Positions 58,111 to 64,000 of a stretch of DNA of 64,000 bases are shown here, piece after piece (the stretch's first letter is position 1; the number at the start of each line of letters is the position of its first letter). A program made the position numbers and the translations under genes. Source of the DNA: an uncultured bacterium (GTDB lineage: Bacteria > Actinomycetota > Acidimicrobiia > Spongiisociales > UBA5794); assembly GCA_963801165.1 (NCBI GenBank), contig CAWDDT010000004.1, positions 96,001-160,000 of the forward strand, read 5' to 3'. The notes beneath the pieces were generated by a model that saw nothing but the letters and a program-made list of their open reading frames with translations, ran no database searches and had not been told where the DNA came from.

Positions 58111-61100
58111 CTACCCGTCGACTACCCGGCCCACGATCATGAACAGGCGGGCCGACCCGTCCGTGATGGGATAGGTGGCGGCTCCACCGAGGCTGACGTC
58201 CTGCTTGTAGGACGTGCCGACGACGACGACGGCGTCCGTCCCGACGGCAGGAGTCGTGGTCCACCACCAGCCGTCGGTCCGGCCGAACAGCACGATGTCC
58301 TCGACCTCGCTCCAAACGTTGCCGTCGGCGGACAGATAGACCGCAGCCGGTTGCCCCCGGGTGCTGTCGAAGCCGAACGCGGCCAGGCCGAGCGGACCAA
58401 CAGAGATGTCACTCGCCGCCACGATACGGTCGTCGGCCGTGTGCAACTGTCGCCACACGGTTCCGTCATCGGATGTCCAGACACTGAGCCCGTAGTCACA
58501 TTCGGCGCCGGCACTCTCATCCGCGCAGTTCAGCTCCAGGCTCTGCCCGACGACAAAGTAGCGGTCGCGGTCGCGCAGCGCGTTCCCGGAGAAGGCCACG
58601 TTGTCGAGGGCCACGGACTCGGTGACGAGGGTCCAGATCTGACCATCGCGGGTCGACCACATCGACGTCGCACCGGTCGCCGGGTCGTTTACGAAGGCGA
58701 CAAAGCCATCGTCGGTCGCCTCGAATTGCACGCCCGCTTCGATGGTCAGGGGCGGTGGTGTCACCCCAACAGTCACGTGGAAATCCGGGTCGATCATGTA
58801 GAGAGCAGTCGAGCCTCCGGCTTCGTACCGGTTGAAGGTCGCCACGAAGACGAGTATCCGGTCATTGCCGGCGACGCTGCTGAACGCAGAGTTTGCAGGA
58901 TCTTGGGCGGGAATGTCGATGTGTGTCCACTGATCGCCGTCGAAGTACACCATGCCCAGACCCGCTTCGGTCCACTGGTTGGCGACGATCCCATCCTGGA
59001 ACGCACTAACGCCCCACATGTTCCCTACCTCGCCGGGCAACGGCGGCTGCTCCCAATCAACGCCGTCGCCCGAGGTGAACAGAATTGGGTCGGACGCACC
59101 GTTCGTCGTGGTGGTGTAGCCGCTGAGGACAAAACCGAGCTTCGACCAAACGACCGACGGCTGTGTCACCGTGTCGAATCCGTCGGGTTCGAGCCAGCTC
59201 CACTCCATATCCCCGAGTACCGTTGGGACGGTCGCAGTCTCGCCCGGTTGGAGCAGGCGGTCGAGATAATGCCGGGCGGCGTCGAGGTGTTGCTGCGCCG
59301 ATGCCGCGGTGAAAGCGACCCCACCCTCAATCTGTGGCCCAAAGGCTTCCCACATCGCCACCGACGGGTCGACATCGACCGTCGCGCTACTCAGCACGCC
59401 ATCGCGGATCACGGCCCGCAGTCCACCCTGACCATCGCTGCCTGAAAACAAGCTCAGCAGATCGGAGTTCACCGTGTAAGCACAGGACACGTCGACATGA
59501 TCCGACGAACCGAGCGATACCGCGGTCGTGCACCCGTCGACCGCAATCGACGCGTTGGTGCCCGCCAGATAGTCGATCGTCCCTGCAACGCGGTCGGTGA
59601 CCAGGTTGCCCTGATCGTCCCACCAACCCTGGTCCTCGTGTGCCAGGGAGGGAACCTCGAAGGGCGCATGTGGTGGCGAGACCTGTCCTGGAAGCAAATC
59701 CACGAGCGCGCCGGCATCGTGCCCGGACAGGGCTTCGAGGTACGCACGAACCTGATCCTCGGCTGCTGCCGCCGTCGGGTCCGTGTCCCATCGGCCGCGC
59801 CACGTCCCGGTCTCGGCCCCCGACGCTGTTGCCACCAGCGCATCACCGTGGGTGTCGATCGCAAACGAATCGGGGTACGTGCCCCGCAGTGTCTTTCGGC
59901 TCCAATTCACGCCTCCGTCGTCGGTGAGCCAGAGCTCGGTCGCGGCCGTTCCTCCGGTGCTGCCGATGATCGCCATCCTGGCGCCCTCGGCGGCGATTCG
60001 GGAGGGGAGGAACATACCCCGCACGATCACCGACTCATCGATCCCGACGTACATGTCGGCTCGGGGGTCGCCCTCGATCTCTATGCCGCTGGAGGAGATG
60101 CTGTCAACCTTGAAGGTGCCGACGTCGGTCTCAATGGTGGTTCCCACCGTCACCTGTTCCGGGGTGTTGTTGACCGCCAGAACGGCGCTCGGGTTGTCGC
60201 CGGGGTTGGTCGTGGTAACCGAGAACGAGACGCTGGTCTCGTCGAGGTGGGGCTCCCGATCACCAAGACGGCTCCAGTTGGCACCGTCGGTGGATTCCCA
60301 GAGCGCCGGCTCGAGCGGCGCATCCTGTGTGGTGGTCTTGCCGAGCGCCACCAGCCGGTCACCGTCCACCACGAGATCGTCGATGGCATCGACTGCGTCA
60401 TCGATGCCGACCAACTGCCAGTCCATCCCGTCCGTGGAGCGGTAGATGGCGCCGTGGGTCAAGCCTGCGGTCGTTGTCGCCCCGTAGGCGTAGTAGGCGG
60501 TCCCGTCGGTGGCCAGCCCTAGTAGCAGCGCGGTGTCGAGGCCGGTGAGCGTGTCGTGACGGCTCCACTCCACGCCGTCGGCAGAGGTCCATCCGATCCA
60601 CCCGGCGCCGTCGCCGGTGATCGTCAACAGCTGCGGTCCGGCTACGAGACCGATGGCGTTCTGCGGGTCCGGCCCGAGCAAACCTCGGTAGTGCCAGGCT
60701 TCTGCGGGCCGTTGCGATGTCCAGATACCGACGCTGTCCTCGACGCTGCCGAGGGCCACCATGTCGCCGTCCCAGCTGACGATATGGTCGATGCTTGACT
60801 TTCCGACCGGTCTCACGGTGGGGACCTTCTGCCACGTCGTCGCCGAACCGGCCCACCACACCTGCGCCCCTCTCGGCACCGAACCGCCGGCGACGTAGAT
60901 GCCTCCCGCCCGCTCCAGGTCGCGTATCTGCGCCGCGTCGTCGACGGGTGCCGACTCCCACTCGAGCATGTCGTCCGTCGCGGTGCGTAGATCCAGGTTC
61001 CTCGCGTCGAGTGCTGCGATGGGTGGCACCCGGGTGGTAGTCGGCGCGGCGGTCGTGGCTGTGGGGCGGGTCACCACGACGAACACGGCGAGTAGCCCGA

Positions 61101-61263
61101 GCAGGACCGTCACCGGTAGTAGCCAGCGAGGGCGAGGATTGAGATTGGGTGGCGGAGCGGTGGCGTTGTCGTTGGCAGGGAGAACGCGGATAGCCGGTTC
61201 GCTCTCATGACGAGCCAAGCTATTCCCTCCGTTTCTGCGCCGTTTGTTCGAACTCTCCGGCAT
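58111..61263 (-). CDS. Large membrane-anchored protein with Asp-box/BNR-like repeats
   Basis: About 1050 aa; one TM; eight WxSxDGxxW-type repeats in two blocks around a central domain. Confidence 0.75.
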   Translation of the reverse strand: MPESSNKRRRNGGNSLARHESEPAIRVLPANDNATAPPPNLNPRPRWLLPVTVLLGLLAVFVVVTRPTATTAAPTTTRVPPIAALDARNLDLRTATDDMLEWESAPVDDAAQIRDLERAGGIYVAGGSVPRGAQVWWAGSATTWQKVPTVRPVGKSSIDHIVSWDGDMVALGSVEDSVGIWTSQRPAEAWHYRGLLGPDPQNAIGLVAGPQLLTITGDGAGWIGWTSADGVEWSRHDTLTGLDTALLLGLATDGTAYYAYGATTTAGLTHGAIYRSTDGMDWQLVGIDDAVDAIDDLVVDGDRLVALGKTTTQDAPLEPALWESTDGANWSRLGDREPHLDETSVSFSVTTTNPGDNPSAVLAVNNTPEQVTVGTTIETDVGTFKVDSISSSGIEIEGDPRADMYVGIDESVIVRGMFLPSRIAAEGARMAIIGSTGGTAATELWLTDDGGVNWSRKTLRGTYPDSFAIDTHGDALVATASGAETGTWRGRWDTDPTAAAAEDQVRAYLEALSGHDAGALVDLLPGQVSPPHAPFEVPSLAHEDQGWWDDQGNLVTDRVAGTIDYLAGTNASIAVDGCTTAVSLGSSDHVDVSCAYTVNSDLLSLFSGSDGQGGLRAVIRDGVLSSATVDVDPSVAMWEAFGPQIEGGVAFTAASAQQHLDAARHYLDRLLQPGETATVPTVLGDMEWSWLEPDGFDTVTQPSVVWSKLGFVLSGYTTTTNGASDPILFTSGDGVDWEQPPLPGEVGNMWGVSAFQDGIVANQWTEAGLGMVYFDGDQWTHIDIPAQDPANSAFSSVAGNDRILVFVATFNRYEAGGSTALYMIDPDFHVTVGVTPPPLTIEAGVQFEATDDGFVAFVNDPATGATSMWSTRDGQIWTLVTESVALDNVAFSGNALRDRDRYFVVGQSLELNCADESAGAECDYGLSVWTSDDGTVWRQLHTADDRIVAASDISVGPLGLAAFGFDSTRGQPAAVYLSADGNVWSEVEDIVLFGRTDGWWWTTTPAVGTDAVVVVGTSYKQDVSLGGAATYPITDGSARLFMIVGRVVDG

Positions 61264-61305
61264 ACTCCCAACGTTACGCAATGGACACCCGTTCCGGTTC
61301 CGCGC

Positions 61306-61342
61306 TTGCCCGGCCGCGGCACCAGCGTTATCGTGGCCCGCA
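61306..61342 (+). promoter_or_regulatory. Promoter for the leader peptide (near-leaderless)
   Basis: TTGCCC(61306-61311)-17 nt-TATCGT(61329-61334); ATG 8 nt downstream with no SD. Confidence 0.55.
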
Positions 61343-61414
61343 ATGAAGCAGACCTCCTTCTATTTCGTGTATTTCTTTGCCGGGCCCTCGGCCCGGGCAG
61401 AGGGTGCGCGCTAG
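61343..61414 (+). CDS. Phe/Tyr attenuator leader peptide (23 aa, MKQTSFYFVYFFAGPSARAEGAR)
   Basis: 4 Phe + 2 Tyr within 7 consecutive codons, directly upstream of a terminator and an aromatic-pathway gene. Confidence 0.88.
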   Translation: MKQTSFYFVYFFAGPSARAEGAR

Positions 61415-61438
61415 AAGCGAGGCAACGCCAACCCACAG

Positions 61439-61468
61439 CCCGAAGCCGAGAGAGGCTTCGGGTTTTTT
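61439..61468 (+). terminator. Attenuator intrinsic terminator
   Basis: CCCGAAGCC-GAGAGA-GGCTTCGGG-TTTTTT; its 5' arm can alternatively pair with 61394-61405. Confidence 0.9.
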
Positions 61469-61500
61469 CGTGCCTGGAGCCACCGGCACAGGAGACGATC

Positions 61501-62562
61501 ATGACCGACAGACCCATTCTCAAGAGCCACCGGCGACCCGAGGTCGAGACCAGCATCATCTCGGTCGGCAACGTCAGGTTCGGTGACGGCTCGTATCCGG
61601 TCATCGCCGGCCCTACCGCCGTCGAGAGCGAGGAACAGATCGTCGCCACCGCCGTGTCGCTCGCCGAGTCCGGCGCATCGATGCTGCGTTCGGGGACCTT
61701 CCGAGCCGAGCATTCGCCGTACACCTTCAAAGGCATGGGTCGGGAGGGCCTGTGGCTTCTGGAGAAGGCCGGCCACGCCGCCGGCCTGCCAACGGTCACA
61801 GAAGTGATCGAGCCGGGTCACGTCGAGCTAGTCGCGGATCACGCCGACATGCTCGAGATCGGTCCCGACAACATGCAGAACTTCGTGCTGCTACGGGACG
61901 CGGGGAAGACGAACCGGCCTGTGCTGTTGCATCGCGGGGCTTCGGCGACGGTCGACGAGTGGCTGATGGCCGCCGAATACATCCTCGCCGAGGGCAACGA
62001 CAACGTTGTTCTGTGCGAGCGGGGGAGCCGTGGTTTCGACCCGCGCACCTCCGATACGATCGACATCTCGGTCGTTCCCGTGGTCCAGCGTCTTTCCCAC
62101 CTGCCGGTCGTCATTGATCCTGCGCCCGCCACGGGCGGGGCCGACCTCCTCGCCCCCCTGGCCCTGGCCGGGCGGTCGGTGGGAGCCGATGGGCTGGTCA
62201 TCGCCTCGCACCTGAACCCCGGCGCATCGCTGGCGGGCAACGGTAGCCAGCTCGATCTCGGCGAGTTCGCCAAGCTGATGGATCAGCTGGGGATCCCATC
62301 TTTGCGGGACGAGATCGACCGGGTGGACCGGCAGTTGATCAAGCTGATTGCTCGCCGGCTGCACAGCTCGGTCGAGATCGCCAAGATCAAGGCGTCCAAG
62401 GGTCTCGACATGCGGTCTCCGGACAGGGAAGCGGAGCTCATCGAGGAGGCGGTGCATGACGGCGAGGCGTTCGGAGTCGGCCGCGAGTACATCGAGGCGC
62501 TGATGACGATCGTCCTCGACCACAGCCGTGCCGCCCAGCAGCGTGCGGTGGATTCGCGGTGA
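61501..62562 (+). CDS. Degenerate type I-beta DAHP synthase domain fused to a C-terminal AroQ chorismate mutase
   Basis: CAGGAG RBS; DAHPS scaffold (IAGP.AVES, SPY.F.G.G, NMQN, EWLMAAEYI, LCERG) with active-site substitutions; AroQ LRDEIDRVD...ARR...KIK...DRE...S...Q. Confidence 0.88.
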   Translation: MTDRPILKSHRRPEVETSIISVGNVRFGDGSYPVIAGPTAVESEEQIVATAVSLAESGASMLRSGTFRAEHSPYTFKGMGREGLWLLEKAGHAAGLPTVTEVIEPGHVELVADHADMLEIGPDNMQNFVLLRDAGKTNRPVLLHRGASATVDEWLMAAEYILAEGNDNVVLCERGSRGFDPRTSDTIDISVVPVVQRLSHLPVVIDPAPATGGADLLAPLALAGRSVGADGLVIASHLNPGASLAGNGSQLDLGEFAKLMDQLGIPSLRDEIDRVDRQLIKLIARRLHSSVEIAKIKASKGLDMRSPDREAELIEEAVHDGEAFGVGREYIEALMTIVLDHSRAAQQRAVDSR

Positions 62563-63161
62563 CCCTTGATGTTGTAATCGGTGACGACGAGCTGCCCCGC
62601 TGCTGGTGGGGAGACAGCCCGGATATCTATCGCATCTACCACGACGATGAGTGGGGGCGTCCGGTCGACGACGACCACACGCTGTTCGAGAAGCTGTGTC
62701 TGGAAGGGTTCCAGGCCGGGCTGAGCTGGCTGACGATCTTGAAGCGAAGGGAAGGGTTCCGGGCCGCCTTTCACGGCTTCGACATCGACCGTGTCGCTGC
62801 GATGACCGAGCGTGACGTTGCCCGGCTGGTCCAGGACACCGGAATCATCCGGCACCGGGGCAAGATCGAGTCGACCATCAACAATGCGCAACGCGCCCAG
62901 GAGGTGCGTGACGAACTCGGCTCGCTCGGGGCGTTGGTGTGGTCGTATGAGCCGGTTGGCCCGACCACGGTGCGTGAGTCGGTGACGCCCGAGTCGAATG
63001 CGCTGGCCAGGGATCTCAAGAAGCGCGGCTTCACCTTTGTCGGCCCCACAACGGTCTACGCGTTCATGCAAGCCATGGGCGTCGTCAACGACCACCTCGC
63101 CGGCTGCCACGCTCGGGAGACGGTCGATGAGGCCCGGGCAGGGTTCGTGCGGCCGGCGTAG
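62559..63161 (+). CDS. tag: DNA-3-methyladenine glycosylase I
   Basis: RCWW..YHDDEWG, LEGFQAGLSW, IIRHRGKI, FVGPTT, NDH..C. Confidence 0.94.
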   Translation: MTLDVVIGDDELPRCWWGDSPDIYRIYHDDEWGRPVDDDHTLFEKLCLEGFQAGLSWLTILKRREGFRAAFHGFDIDRVAAMTERDVARLVQDTGIIRHRGKIESTINNAQRAQEVRDELGSLGALVWSYEPVGPTTVRESVTPESNALARDLKKRGFTFVGPTTVYAFMQAMGVVNDHLAGCHARETVDEARAGFVRPA

Positions 63162-63242
63162 CGCCCGCTTCTTGCGTAGAGCAGAACGGCTATCCGGCAC
63201 GGTCTACGCCCGAACACGAATAGCCGCGGCCGATGGCCTCAC

Positions 63243-64000
63243 TCAACCTATTCCGTGCATCTCCGGCTTTGCTTCGCGGCTCATCAGGTTGGAGACCGCC
63301 TCGGCGGGGCTGGCACCCTCGTAGAGCACGCGGGCCACCTGGGTGGCGATCGGCATTTCGATGCTGTGGCGATCGGCCAGCGCCAGGATCCCCGGCGTGG
63401 ACTTGACGCCTTCTGCAACCTGGTTCATCTCGGCGATGATCTCGTCGAGTTTCTTGCCCTGGCCCAGCCCGTAGCCGACGGTGTGGTTGCGGCTCTTTGA
63501 GCTCATGCAGGTGGCAATGAGGTCGCCCATCCCGGCCAGACCGGCGAACGTGAGCGGGCGACCACCCATGGCGATCCCGAGCCTGGTCAGCTCGGCGAGC
63601 GCCCTCGTGATGAGAGTGGCCATGGTGTTGTCTCCGAAGCCGAGCCCGTGGGCCATTCCGGCTGCTATCGCCATTACGTTCTTGAGGGCTCCCGCAGATT
63701 CGCTCCCGATGACATCGTCATTTGTGTAGACGCGGAACCTCGAGTTCATGAACGCTTGTTGCAGGCTCTGCGCCGACTCCTGGTCTGTCATCGCGATCAC
63801 GGTTGCCGCAGGCTGCCCGGCGACGATCTCCCTGGCCAGGTTCGGTCCGGTGAGCACCCCGATCCGGTCATGCCGGTGCCCGGGCAGGACGTCCCCCGTC
63901 ACCTCGGTCATGCGCATCAGCGTGCCCTGCTCCACGCCTTTGGCCAGGCTGAGGATCGGGGTCTCGGGGGCGATGTGACCTCGCGCCAGCTCGAGGACTG
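63243..64000 (-). CDS. gpsA: NAD(P)H-dependent glycerol-3-phosphate dehydrogenase (5' end outside the window)
   Basis: GPNLA.E, GALKNV.AIA.G, GLAGMGDLIATC.S..SRN, AEGV. Confidence 0.95.
   Translation of the reverse strand, partial: VLELARGHIAPETPILSLAKGVEQGTLMRMTEVTGDVLPGHRHDRIGVLTGPNLAREIVAGQPAATVIAMTDQESAQSLQQAFMNSRFRVYTNDDVIGSESAGALKNVMAIAAGMAHGLGFGDNTMATLITRALAELTRLGIAMGGRPLTFAGLAGMGDLIATCMSSKSRNHTVGYGLGQGKKLDEIIAEMNQVAEGVKSTPGILALADRHSIEMPIATQVARVLYEGASPAEAVSNLMSREAKPEMHGIG

Noticed and set aside
61207-61500. N-terminal 98-aa extension of the DAHPS-CM ORF given in the ORF track
   Set aside because: It spans the promoter, leader peptide and terminator; an RBS (CAGGAG) precedes ATG 61501.
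61501-62290. Barrel domain as a KDO8P synthase
   Set aside because: It lacks KANRS, PAFLxRQT and DATH motifs; the scaffold motifs match DAHPS I-beta.

Overview
High-GC actinobacterial chromosome segment, most likely class Acidimicrobiia. This assignment is inferred from the LexA box type, the SLH-module style, DUF222-HNH and many apparently leaderless genes. Contents in order: two divergent transcarbamylases around a GntR regulator; an SOS-box-controlled DUF222/HNH gene; PadR, ECF sigma/anti-sigma and MarR modules; an SLH/TolB surface protein followed by an internally deleted tandem copy; lipase, GGDEF and SDR genes; a purine-catabolic block (8-oxoguanine deaminase plus a 3-subunit xanthine dehydrogenase-type enzyme); a G1 glutamic peptidase; TetR/acyl-CoA dehydrogenase; a Tad/Flp pilus operon; a TetR-ABC exporter; a degraded accessory region (about 40-47 kb) with small membrane ORFs, gene fragments and an IS3 remnant; hypFCDE; a His-less hybrid kinase; ctaA/ctaB; a large Asp-box repeat protein; tag and gpsA. 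The standout signal is at 61.3-62.6 kb. An unannotated Phe/Tyr-rich leader peptide (MKQTSFYFVYFF...) with mutually exclusive antiterminator and terminator hairpins sits upstream of a fusion of an apparently catalytically dead DAHP-synthase barrel and an intact AroQ chorismate mutase. Several single-base frameshifts in otherwise intact genes suggest sequencing indels. No rRNA, tRNA or CRISPR array was seen.
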